Below, in pieces: positions 44,439-54,196 of a stretch of 64,000 nucleotides of DNA. The notes beneath the pieces are model-generated. The model saw only the letters and a program-made list of their open reading frames with translations. It was not told the DNA's origin and made no database searches. The stretch is from contig CAKOOK010000003.1 of NCBI GenBank assembly GCA_934098515.1, positions 5,070 through 69,069 on the forward strand, given 5' to 3'. This DNA is from an uncultured Bacilli bacterium (lineage in GTDB: Bacteria > Bacillota_I > Bacilli_A > RF39 > UBA660). Made by a program: the position numbers and the translations under genes. The first letter of the stretch is position 1. Each line of letters opens with the position of its first letter.

Positions 44439-46844
44439 TTAAATTTCTGCAATATATTCAAGTAATTTTATAAACATTCTTATATATTTACCATTTAATC
44501 CTTTAACTCTTAATTTTCGAATCTCAATTCTCTTACTCTTAATATCCAAATCACTAAATAAAATTGCCGCTATATTCTCTTTCAAACTAGTCTTAATCTG
44601 TAAATCACTTAAAATACTATCAATATCATCATTAATAATTCTCTCTGCATCAATCTCAATATCTTTACCCATGCAGTTAATTGTAAGCTGCTTAGCAGTA
44701 GACACATCCTTAACAAGTACAACAAAATCATTACCATCAACATAACTATCATAATTATCATATGTTGCATCAGCAATATAAACTGTTACATCACTAGCTT
44801 TTCTTGTATTTCTAAAACGTACTAAATAATCTCTCTTTAACGGAACTATTCCACTCTTACCCTCAGTAGGTCTAATAATAACCGTAAAATTATTTGCTTG
44901 ATAATTATAATCAATATCTGTAACTAAATAAAAACCATCCTCATAAGCTGTACTAATTCCATCATCTTCATAAAGCTTATAAACATTACTAGCCCCTGGA
45001 AATACATGTACTTCTAACTTACTAGGAACATCCGTATTATTTAAATCCTCATTAGATATAAAACTCATTGGAATAATCGTTCCCTGTTTAGCAAACACTG
45101 GATAATCCTCATCTTTAAAGAATGATACGTACCTCTTACCACCAATAAACTTCTTACCAGTCTTAAAATCATACCACACACCATTAGGTAAAAATATCCT
45201 ATGAATAGTACGATTCATTAAAACATCCTTCTTAGACGTAATCGGTGCTATAAATAACTCTGTTCCAAAATAGTATTCATTTCTATATATAGGTTCATCA
45301 TAAATCTCAGGATACCTATAATAAAGGGGTTGCACTAAAGGAAGACCAGTCTTAGAATACTTATAAGCCTCCGTATAAATATATGGAATAAGTCTGTGTC
45401 TTAACTTCAAATACTCCTTAACAACACTAAATGTTTTAACATCCCAAAGCCAAGGCTCTCTCTTATAAAAATGAGAAGCATCACTACTAAAACGAAGTAT
45501 TGGACTATACGTCCCAAACTGTACATACCTCATATAAAGTTCAGGGTCCTCTATTCCTCCCTTAAATCCTCCAATATCATGACTCCACCAAGAAAGCCCA
45601 ATATTCGCAGCTCTTGAATTATACTCTGGAAGCATCTTTAAACTATCCCAAGACACAATTGTCTTACCACTATATAAAACTGGCATCAAATGAGAAGCAA
45701 TCATTCCATTTCTAGATAATATCATTCCTCTACTCTTCTTACCAGACTTATAATTATTAAAATGATAATAATTAAGTGCTCTTAAAGTATATAAATCACT
45801 AGGATTATTATAATCTATCCAATAAAAATCTACTCCCATATCATTAAGTGGCTTAATAAACTCATCAAAATATGCCGTTAACATTTGCTTATTAAACACA
45901 TTAAAAGGAATAACCCCATCACCAGTATAACCAGCTATCTGCTTAAATCTTGTATATCCTATCTCCTCAGGACTAATCCCCCCAGAAGGATCCACATTAA
46001 GTCCAAGCCTTACATTATTACTATGCAAATAATCAGTAAGTTCCTTAGGATTAGGTATCAAATTATAATCAAAAGTATACCCACTATAAGTATTCTCATA
46101 AGTCATATGCCACTCAGGTCCAAGCAAAAACACAGATAACGGAACCTCATTCTTCTTAAAAGCCCAAACCAAATCCTCAATCATCTTAGTATCATAAGTA
46201 ACATCCTTATTCCACCACACCCCTAAAGCATATCTAGGAAGCAAATTAGGTTTTAAAGTAAGTTTAAAATAATCTCTTAAACAATATCCAAAATCCTTAC
46301 GATACATAAACACATAAGTATCTATTCTCTCATCACTTCTCTTACCAAGTGAACCATCCTTATTAAATATAAGACTCTTACTATCATCTAAAGAAACAAA
46401 ACCATCAGTTGAATAAAGACCCTTACTAAAACTAGCACTACTATCATCTAAACTAGAACTTGTACCTTTAAAATTTCTCGCTTCAGCAGCGCCAAAAAAC
46501 CAAACCTTATCTGTATTATTTAAACTAATCTTAAAATTAGCACTAGGGTTCATCTTAGTTCCATAAAAAGGCTTACCTTTTTGATACTCAAGTTTAAAAT
46601 AATTAGTCGTAATAACTAAAAAGTTATCATCTTCCTTCTTCATAAACTTAGGAACATCAAATCTTCTAAACTTAACAAGTTCAGTAGGTCTATCCTCAAA
46701 CTTACCCTCAGCATTATACTCAATACGCACTAAAATATCAGATAATATAGTAATCCTATAATTAACACCTCTAATAATAGCAGCATCTAAACTAATTGCA
46801 TCATCATAATTCTTAAATTCAAAATAGTCTTTCACCTTAATCAA
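44439..46844 (-). CDS. glycoside hydrolase family 31 (alpha-glucosidase/alpha-xylosidase-like)
   Basis: GVDFYWIDYN (nucleophile region, cf. W.DMNE) and WSHDIGGF (acid/base region). 801 aa. The start codon (TTG at 46844) is uncertain. Confidence 0.75.
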   Translation of the reverse strand: MIKVKDYFEFKNYDDAISLDAAIIRGVNYRITILSDILVRIEYNAEGKFEDRPTELVKFRRFDVPKFMKKEDDNFLVITTNYFKLEYQKGKPFYGTKMNPSANFKISLNNTDKVWFFGAAEARNFKGTSSSLDDSSASFSKGLYSTDGFVSLDDSKSLIFNKDGSLGKRSDERIDTYVFMYRKDFGYCLRDYFKLTLKPNLLPRYALGVWWNKDVTYDTKMIEDLVWAFKKNEVPLSVFLLGPEWHMTYENTYSGYTFDYNLIPNPKELTDYLHSNNVRLGLNVDPSGGISPEEIGYTRFKQIAGYTGDGVIPFNVFNKQMLTAYFDEFIKPLNDMGVDFYWIDYNNPSDLYTLRALNYYHFNNYKSGKKSRGMILSRNGMIASHLMPVLYSGKTIVSWDSLKMLPEYNSRAANIGLSWWSHDIGGFKGGIEDPELYMRYVQFGTYSPILRFSSDASHFYKREPWLWDVKTFSVVKEYLKLRHRLIPYIYTEAYKYSKTGLPLVQPLYYRYPEIYDEPIYRNEYYFGTELFIAPITSKKDVLMNRTIHRIFLPNGVWYDFKTGKKFIGGKRYVSFFKDEDYPVFAKQGTIIPMSFISNEDLNNTDVPSKLEVHVFPGASNVYKLYEDDGISTAYEDGFYLVTDIDYNYQANNFTVIIRPTEGKSGIVPLKRDYLVRFRNTRKASDVTVYIADATYDNYDSYVDGNDFVVLVKDVSTAKQLTINCMGKDIEIDAERIINDDIDSILSDLQIKTSLKENIAAILFSDLDIKSKRIEIRKLRVKGLNGKYIRMFIKLLEYIAEI

Positions 46845-46892
46845 CCCTAACTATCATAAATTAATTTTAACACACTTATATAGCATTTTCAA

Positions 46893-47069
46893 TTGACATT
46901 TGCATACATTTAATATATAATACTCTTGCGTATTTAGGCAGGTTCTTATTAACTTATAACGTGTTTATTTGCAAGAACTTTAGTAGCTTAACTGCCTTAA
47001 GTGAAAAAAATAATAAACACCCTACTTAGAAGATAAGAATTCCTTTAAACGAAAGAAAGGAGAAATATT
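46893..47069 (+). promoter_or_regulatory. rpsD promoter (TTGACA-17-TATAAT, 46893-46921) and ~145-nt structured leader
   Basis: Consensus hexamers read directly. The leader has complementary segments (GGCAGGTTCTT ... AAGAACTT ... CTGCC). Bacillus rpsD is known to be autoregulated through its leader. Function here is inferred. Confidence 0.55.
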
Positions 47070-47672
47070 ATGTCAAGATATACTGGTCCAGCATATAAGA
47101 AGTCTCGTAAATTAGGTTTCTCATGCCTAGAAAATGGTAAAGAACTTGCAAGACGTCCTTATGCTCCTGGAATTCATGGAACAAGCAGAAGAAGAAAACT
47201 TAGTGAATATGGTATTCAGTTAGAAGAAAAACAAAAAGTTAGATTTATGTATGGTTTAACTGAAAAACAATTCGCTCATACTTTCGAAAAAGCTTCTAAA
47301 ATGAAAGGTATCGCTGGTGAAAACTTCCTAAAACTTTTAGAAAGTCGTCTAGATAACGTTGTATATCGTATGGGTCTAGCAAATACTAGACGTGGTGCAA
47401 GACAACTTGTTAACCATGGACACATTCTTGTTAATGGAGATTGCGTAGACATCCCATCATACAATGTTAAAGTTGGTAGTACTATTTCTGTTAAAGAAAA
47501 GTCACTTAACCATCCAGCAATGAAACAAGCTTTAGAAAACACTTTAAATCGTCCTGCATATGTTGAATTTGACGATAAGAAAATGACTGGAACTTACTTA
47601 AGACTTCCAGAAAGAAGTGAACTAAACGCTGATATCAATGAATCACTAATTGTTGAATACTACAACAGATAG
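47070..47672 (+). CDS. rpsD: 30S ribosomal protein S4
   Basis: [16 protein letters not shown]... plus an S4 RNA-binding domain ([31 protein letters not shown]). Confidence 0.95.
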   Translation: MSRYTGPAYKKSRKLGFSCLENGKELARRPYAPGIHGTSRRRKLSEYGIQLEEKQKVRFMYGLTEKQFAHTFEKASKMKGIAGENFLKLLESRLDNVVYRMGLANTRRGARQLVNHGHILVNGDCVDIPSYNVKVGSTISVKEKSLNHPAMKQALENTLNRPAYVEFDDKKMTGTYLRLPERSELNADINESLIVEYYNR

Positions 47673-47676
47673 TAAC

Positions 47677-47702
47677 AAACTCCCATCAGGGAGTTTTATT
47701 TT
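47677..47702 (+). terminator. rho-independent terminator of rpsD
   Basis: AAACTCCC-ATCA-GGGAGTTT followed by TATTTT. Confidence 0.75.
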
Positions 47703-47746
47703 GCACTAATTTATGTTATTATAAATGCCAAAAAGAAGGCATTGAT

Positions 47747-49624
47747 ATGAATAATTTTATTAAAAGAAAAATAAACACAATAATAGGTCTTGATATGCAA
47801 ATCTATGACTACTACCAAAACCTAATCACTCAAGAAGAAAACAAAGAAAAACATCCAGACTATGAAAAAAGAAAACAAAACATTTCATCACTAATACTAG
47901 AACTATTACAAGAAGAACAAGAAGAATACAGTTTCTTCAAAAGTAACCCAGAAGTAGCTCTAACTGTATATAGTGAACTAGCAAAAACATCTAAAACAAA
48001 TTATACACCACTAGAAGCATTATGTGACCCTACAAAAGAAGCACTAACCACAAGAAGAATTTTAACAACCCTAGAAAACATTATAACAAGAAACCAAACT
48101 CTATTTGGATACTTAATAAACAAAAAACTTATCAAAAAAATACAATTTCCCGTAGACCAAGAAGGCCTAATATGCACCTACTTATTTGAAGAAATACCCT
48201 TAATAGAAGAATCTTTTGCTAAAACACTATACACCATTTTAGAAGATGAAAACAATACCAAAGCAAAATATAATTTATCATTCATCACCCCACTCTTAGA
48301 ATCAATTCTAATCCCAACATCATTTGAACCAATACCAAAAAAACAAAATACAGATATCTGCTTAAATACCCTAGTATCAAGACCTCAAAAAGAAATATTT
48401 TTTGACTATCACATAGGTGAAAAAATATATGAAGCCTTAGATATAATAAACTATAACGAAACAGATATCGCATATGCCTACTTCAAAGCCGCATTAACAT
48501 ATCAATCAAAAGAAGCAATCAAATCAATAAAACAATACATCGCAGAGCAAGATCAAAAGGGCAAAGAAAAACTTTATGAAATCATTAAACAAAACAACGA
48601 AACTAAAAAAGAATTATCAAAAGATGACGACCTAGAAAAAATAAGAATGGAAGCCCATCAATTAACAGATACAGATATAAAAATATTAAAACAACTTCTT
48701 GAATTAGAATCTCAAATTCTAAACGTATATAAAGGCTTAGCAAGTTTTGAAATGCAAAACCTAAAAGACTCAGTATTCACTAAAAGCTTAATAGACCTTC
48801 TAGCACTTTATCAAGAAGAAGAAAAAGCCTTAATTGACTACTTTAGAATGTATTCTATAATTATTCCAAACGTCCTAGAATACCTAATCGAAACAATAAA
48901 TGACGAGATAAAATCTCCAGTAGAGCTTATCCTAGTTTATCAAAATAGTGAAAAAGTAGTAAGCACTTATCGTACAATCCAACTATTAAAAGACGCTCTA
49001 TTTGAAAAAGACGAATCATTCGAATTTAACTTAGATAGAATAATTAAAGAAATAGTACCTGACTACCACAAAAAAATATCATCTATCAAAGACTATGAAA
49101 AACTTTTAAGTAATGAAATAAGTAAAAGAACAATATCCTTTATAGAAGATGATGACTCAAAAGAAAGTATTGAGCAAAAATATTACATGGTATATGCTTG
49201 TCCAGATCTTGCTAATGAATTTTTTCAAAATAAAGGTTCATTTCCTAAAAATCTAACTGAATCTTTAACCATTAAAAATGACCTATCAGAAGCTGAAAAA
49301 GAAGAATTACAAGTAACACTTGGAATAGATACCGCAAACCTAGCACTAGATGCTCTTCTTGAATACTACGATAGTGACATCGAAGAATACCCTCATAAAA
49401 TATCACTACTTCTTGGAATGCTAAGAAGCGGTCTACTTCTAACCGACACCCAAGAACAAGAACTACTATTAGAAGATTTAGAAGACACTTTTGAAAATGA
49501 CGAAGAATACCTAGCTGAGCACGAAGATGACGAAGAAATAAGGAACCTTATAAGAACAACAATCAAAGAATCAAAACAAGACTTTAAAGAAATGAATAAA
49601 GCTACTCAAAAAGACATACAGTAA
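47747..49624 (+). CDS. large acidic helical hypothetical protein (625 aa)
   Basis: Long clean ORF, E/K/L-rich, with no recognisable motif. Confidence 0.5.
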   Translation: MNNFIKRKINTIIGLDMQIYDYYQNLITQEENKEKHPDYEKRKQNISSLILELLQEEQEEYSFFKSNPEVALTVYSELAKTSKTNYTPLEALCDPTKEALTTRRILTTLENIITRNQTLFGYLINKKLIKKIQFPVDQEGLICTYLFEEIPLIEESFAKTLYTILEDENNTKAKYNLSFITPLLESILIPTSFEPIPKKQNTDICLNTLVSRPQKEIFFDYHIGEKIYEALDIINYNETDIAYAYFKAALTYQSKEAIKSIKQYIAEQDQKGKEKLYEIIKQNNETKKELSKDDDLEKIRMEAHQLTDTDIKILKQLLELESQILNVYKGLASFEMQNLKDSVFTKSLIDLLALYQEEEKALIDYFRMYSIIIPNVLEYLIETINDEIKSPVELILVYQNSEKVVSTYRTIQLLKDALFEKDESFEFNLDRIIKEIVPDYHKKISSIKDYEKLLSNEISKRTISFIEDDDSKESIEQKYYMVYACPDLANEFFQNKGSFPKNLTESLTIKNDLSEAEKEELQVTLGIDTANLALDALLEYYDSDIEEYPHKISLLLGMLRSGLLLTDTQEQELLLEDLEDTFENDEEYLAEHEDDEEIRNLIRTTIKESKQDFKEMNKATQKDIQ

Positions 49625-49639
49625 ATCTGTATGTCTTTT
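49610..49639. terminator. bidirectional hairpin between convergent genes
   Basis: AAAGACATACAG-TAAAT-CTGTATGTCTTT (12-bp stem) flanked by A/T runs. It overlaps both stop codons. Confidence 0.65.
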
Positions 49640-51133
49640 CTAATCAGAACAATATCGTAAATTTTTATAATAAATAAACTGATTATTACTATTCTTCTTA
49701 TAAACTTTTAAATTTTCTTCTACCTGAACCATTAAATAATTTGACATATTATAATCAACTTTATCAAAATCAAAACAACTATTAACAAGTTCTTCATTTA
49801 TATAATAAATCAAAGGATTCTGTTCTAAATCAACATCATTATTATTAATAAAACCAACTGTTTTCTTATTATAATCTTTAATGTATATATTATTATCATC
49901 TTGCTCATACAACTTATAAATCACATGATCTTTATCCATATTATAAAAATATGAATACATATCATCAGAATCAAATAACAATTTACCATTACTATCAAAT
50001 AATGAAACCATTACCACACCATCATCACCATTATTATATTCTTTATAACACTCTAAATTATAATTCTCATTTTCCTCACAACTAGTATATTTATTAGTCA
50101 AAAGTGTATAATCTTCACCATTAAAAAGTCCAAATATATCGTAATAAAAATCCTTTAATCTAACTTTAATTAATTTACCCGTAGTTTTAACACCATCAAA
50201 ACTAACATCATTACCACTTGTAATAAAACTAGCATCTCTAGATTCATAATGCTTATTAAAACCATAATATGCCTCATTTTTATCTAAATTAATATATATC
50301 TGACCATCTCCAACTACAACTCCATAAGCATTCGCATTCTCCGCACCAGAATCAATATAAGAAATCGCATAAATTGGATTACTATTAAGATCAAATAATT
50401 TTTCTGTCTCTAAAACAAACTTTTCTTGTTTAATATCATAAAGATAATATCTACTATTTTTATAAAACAATAACTTACTATCATGCCATAAGTTATGAAC
50501 AGGAATATATGACTTATCAACATTCAAATTAACCTCTTCACACTTCATATTTTGAAATTCAGGATAATTATATCTTGAATAAATAACTGCGTTTTTCCCA
50601 TTAACAGTACTATAAAAACTAGAGTCTACACACCTATATAAAATACCATTTTCATAAAGTAAAGCTTTCTTACTATCAATTTTATATTGAGTCCCATTTT
50701 GATCTGTTAAAATAATATCATATAACTCTACATATAATTCTTTATTTTCATCTAATACCGCAAACTGAAATCCTATATCATCATTAATAATACTTTTACC
50801 ATTTATCTTTATATCATATTTACTATTTTTAACTTTATAATCAGTAATTATCTTTCCCTTATTAATATCATCTTTAATAAATTTTAAGCCATCACTATAT
50901 CTTATTTTAAATGACATTTCCTTTATTTTTGTTTTTGCGTGAGTCTCGTAACTAATATAAACATTAACTAAATCTCCATTAGAATAAGACTTTATAAAAT
51001 CATTTGAAGCAACACCAAAACTTCCATCAAATTTTTCATATTTCTTATTAAAAAATAAGAAATAAACTCCTAAACAAATGCCTAAACAGACAACAAGCAC
51101 AATACTTACAAATAGTATTATTTTCTTTTTCAT
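49640..51133 (-). CDS. membrane-anchored hypothetical protein (497 aa)
   Basis: N-terminal TM (IILFVSIVLVVCLGICLGVYFLFF) followed by a Y/N/D-rich ectodomain. No family recognised. Confidence 0.5.
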   Translation of the reverse strand: MKKKIILFVSIVLVVCLGICLGVYFLFFNKKYEKFDGSFGVASNDFIKSYSNGDLVNVYISYETHAKTKIKEMSFKIRYSDGLKFIKDDINKGKIITDYKVKNSKYDIKINGKSIINDDIGFQFAVLDENKELYVELYDIILTDQNGTQYKIDSKKALLYENGILYRCVDSSFYSTVNGKNAVIYSRYNYPEFQNMKCEEVNLNVDKSYIPVHNLWHDSKLLFYKNSRYYLYDIKQEKFVLETEKLFDLNSNPIYAISYIDSGAENANAYGVVVGDGQIYINLDKNEAYYGFNKHYESRDASFITSGNDVSFDGVKTTGKLIKVRLKDFYYDIFGLFNGEDYTLLTNKYTSCEENENYNLECYKEYNNGDDGVVMVSLFDSNGKLLFDSDDMYSYFYNMDKDHVIYKLYEQDDNNIYIKDYNKKTVGFINNNDVDLEQNPLIYYINEELVNSCFDFDKVDYNMSNYLMVQVEENLKVYKKNSNNQFIYYKNLRYCSD

Positions 51134-51190
51134 CTCACACTACCCTTCCATCTGAAGTATATCATAATATTTAAAAAAAAAGAATAACGA

Positions 51191-53911
51191 TTACTCATTA
51201 TCCTTTAATATACTAGCACATCTATGACAAATGCCGTCTTCAAGTTCATCAACATAATTCCAGCATCTATTACACTTCTCTCCAGTACTTCTTTCAATCT
51301 TAACAGATACATTATCATATTTAGTTAATTCTTCATCAGTAAATACTACTTTAGAAACAATTAATAATTGATGCATAACATCACCTAAAACATCTTTAAC
51401 ATTATTAAATGCTTCAGGTAGATTTAAATATACATTAGCTTCTAATCCAGAACCAATAACTTTTTCATTACGAGCAGTCTCTAATGCCTTATAAACATCA
51501 TCTTTAACCTTAAAGAAATTACTCCATAACTCATCGTCTACTTTTACATCCATAACTTCAGGCATATCTAGTAAATGAACGCTTTCCTTTTTCTCTCCAG
51601 GAATATAACGATAAATTTCTTCAGCAGTATAAGGTAGAATTGGTGCAAGAAGAACATCCAACTTAGTAATAATATTATATAACACAGTCTGTACACTTCT
51701 TCTTACTAAAGAATCCTTCTTCTCAATATACAAAATATCCTTAGTAAAATCTAAATAGAAATTAGATAAAGTGAAACTTATAAAATTATTAGTATACTTA
51801 TAAACCTCTTGATAAGAATATCTATCATAAGCACCTCTAACATTCTTAACATACTTGTTAAGCTCACTCATCATGTACTTATCATACTCTTTCATCTCAT
51901 CAAAACTAACCATATCTTTATTAGGATCAAAATCATTTAAATTACCCAAAATAAACTTAGCAGTATTTCTAATCTTACGATAACTCTCTTGAACTTGTTT
52001 AAGAATCTCATCACCAATTCTTACATCCTCAGTATAATCAGTAGAAGCTACCCATAAACGTAATACATCAGCACCTCTAATACTAATCTCCTTAAGTGGA
52101 TCAATACCATTACCAAGACTCTTACTCATCTTATTACCCTTAGCATCTAAAGTAAATCCATGACTTATACAAGTCTTATAAGGACTCTTACCATGAACAG
52201 CTACACCAGTAATTAATGATGAATTAAACCATCCACGATACTGATCACAACCCTCTAAATAAACATCAGCTGGATATGGTAAATTTCTACCTAATAATAC
52301 ACCAGTATGAGTAGATCCTGAATCAAACCATACATCCATGATATCCATCTCTTTAGTAAACTTACCATTTGGACTAGCGGGATTAGTATACCCTTCAGGA
52401 AGTAAATCCTTAGCATCCTTCATAAACCAATAATTAGAACCATGCTCTCTAAATAACTCTGCAACATGCATCATAACATCATAATCTAAAATAGCAGAAC
52501 CATCTTCATTATAGAAAATAGGTAGTGGTACTCCCCAAACTCTTTGACGAGAAATACACCAGTCTCCTCTTCCTTCTATCATATTATGAAGTCTTACTTT
52601 ACCCCACTCAGGAAGCCAATTAATATTATTATCAATCTCATTTAAGATATCATCTTTAATCTTATCAATACTACAGAACCACTGAGCAGTTGCTCTAAAT
52701 ATAATAGGTTTCTTAGTACGCCAATCATGTGGATAAGAGTGTGTAATAAACTTAAGCTTTAATAATACACCTAACTCATCTAAATACTTAACAACCTCTT
52801 TATTAGCATCCTCAAAGAACAATCCCTTAAATCTCTCTCCAGACTCAGCATTTAAGCAACCATTATCATCAACACCAAATACCATTTCTAGATTATACTT
52901 CTTACCAACATTAAAGTCATCTTCACCATAACTAGGTGCTGTATGAACAAGACCAGAACCAGCATCAAGTGTTACGTGATCACCTAAAACAACTGGACTA
53001 ATTCTATCCATAAACGGATGTTTATACTTAACATACTCTAAATCAGTACCATAGAAATCGTTAACAACTTCAATGTTTTCCCATCCAAACTCACCCTTAA
53101 GTGAATCTAAAAGGTCAGCCGCAACAACATACTTCTTACCATTAACAAGTACTCTAGAATACTCTAAATTAGGTCCAACACATATAGCAGTATTACCAGG
53201 AAGTGTCCAAGGAGTAGTAGTCCAAATAACTAAATAATCTCCCTTATCAACAACACTATTACCTTCCTCTACTTCAAAAGCAACAAATATAGAAGGATCC
53301 TTTCTATCATGATACTCAATCTCAGCCTCGGCTAAAGCACTCTCACTTGATGGTGACCAGTACACAGGTTTCATACCCTTAAAAATTAACCCTTTACGAG
53401 CCATCTCAGCAAACACTTCAATTTGTCTAGCCTCTAACTCATGCTGAAAAGTAGCATAATAATTATCCCAATCAGCAATAACATTTAAAGCCTTAAAACC
53501 TTCCATCTGCATAGCAATCTGCTTCTTAGCATACTCTTCACAAATAGCTCTAAATTCAGCCTTATCCATACTCTTACGATCAACACCACTATTAGTAACA
53601 GCTTGCTCTATTGGAAGACCATGAGTATCCCATCCAGGAATATAAATCATATCCCTACCACTCATCGCAGCATAACGATTAACAAAATCCTTTAAAATCT
53701 TATTCATCGCATGACCAATATGAATAGAACCATTCGCATAAGGAGGCCCATCATGTAACACAAAAGGCTCCCTTCCCTTATTCTTCTCTCTTAACTTATT
53801 ATATAAGTCCATCTCTTCCCACTTAGCACGTTGTACCTTTTCATTCTCCGGTAAATTGCCCTTCATCTGAAATTCAGTCTTAGGCATCAAAAGTGTTTCT
53901 TTATAATCCAT
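51191..53911 (-). CDS. ileS: isoleucine--tRNA ligase
   Basis: HIGH (SIHIGHA) and KMSKS motifs and C-terminal zinc cysteines. The start is moved to ATG 53911 (MDYKETLLMPKTEF, RBS GGAAGGGAG) because the track start lies in the T-box terminator. Confidence 0.95.
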   Translation of the reverse strand: MDYKETLLMPKTEFQMKGNLPENEKVQRAKWEEMDLYNKLREKNKGREPFVLHDGPPYANGSIHIGHAMNKILKDFVNRYAAMSGRDMIYIPGWDTHGLPIEQAVTNSGVDRKSMDKAEFRAICEEYAKKQIAMQMEGFKALNVIADWDNYYATFQHELEARQIEVFAEMARKGLIFKGMKPVYWSPSSESALAEAEIEYHDRKDPSIFVAFEVEEGNSVVDKGDYLVIWTTTPWTLPGNTAICVGPNLEYSRVLVNGKKYVVAADLLDSLKGEFGWENIEVVNDFYGTDLEYVKYKHPFMDRISPVVLGDHVTLDAGSGLVHTAPSYGEDDFNVGKKYNLEMVFGVDDNGCLNAESGERFKGLFFEDANKEVVKYLDELGVLLKLKFITHSYPHDWRTKKPIIFRATAQWFCSIDKIKDDILNEIDNNINWLPEWGKVRLHNMIEGRGDWCISRQRVWGVPLPIFYNEDGSAILDYDVMMHVAELFREHGSNYWFMKDAKDLLPEGYTNPASPNGKFTKEMDIMDVWFDSGSTHTGVLLGRNLPYPADVYLEGCDQYRGWFNSSLITGVAVHGKSPYKTCISHGFTLDAKGNKMSKSLGNGIDPLKEISIRGADVLRLWVASTDYTEDVRIGDEILKQVQESYRKIRNTAKFILGNLNDFDPNKDMVSFDEMKEYDKYMMSELNKYVKNVRGAYDRYSYQEVYKYTNNFISFTLSNFYLDFTKDILYIEKKDSLVRRSVQTVLYNIITKLDVLLAPILPYTAEEIYRYIPGEKKESVHLLDMPEVMDVKVDDELWSNFFKVKDDVYKALETARNEKVIGSGLEANVYLNLPEAFNNVKDVLGDVMHQLLIVSKVVFTDEELTKYDNVSVKIERSTGEKCNRCWNYVDELEDGICHRCASILKDNE

Positions 53912-53932
53912 AAAAATCTCCCTTCCTAAAAT

Positions 53933-54148
53933 AAAAAAGCCCATAATCTAAGGACGAGTCAAACCCGTGTTACCACCTTAGTTTATGAACTTATTTCATA
54001 CACTCATTATCTATAACGTAGATACCGTACTATACTTATCCTATAGTAACATCCGAAGTGATCCTTAATACTTCCAGTATACTTACTTTCACCACAACGT
54101 AAGCTCTCTAAATACCTTTCATATCAACGTCTTCATCAACTGCTTATG
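53933..54148 (-). promoter_or_regulatory. T-box leader (Ile); promoter TTGACA-17-TATAAT at 54155-54183
   Basis: On the minus strand: UGAUGAAG K-turn region, AGAGAG, GGUGAAAG distal loop, and specifier AUC-A at 54060-54062 closed by CUUC/GAAG. Also T-box AAACUAAGGUGGUAACACGGG, a terminator and U6. Confidence 0.85.
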
Positions 54149-54196
54149 CCATAAATTATATGCCAATAACACACACTTGTCAAGCACAAACTAAAG

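Noticed and set aside
53912-53944. N-terminal extensions of ileS (MGFFILGREIF...) and of the HAD gene (16581-16604)
   Set aside because: The extra codons are the U-tract and 3' arm of the T-box terminators. Proper RBS-ATG pairs lie downstream at 53911 and 16580.
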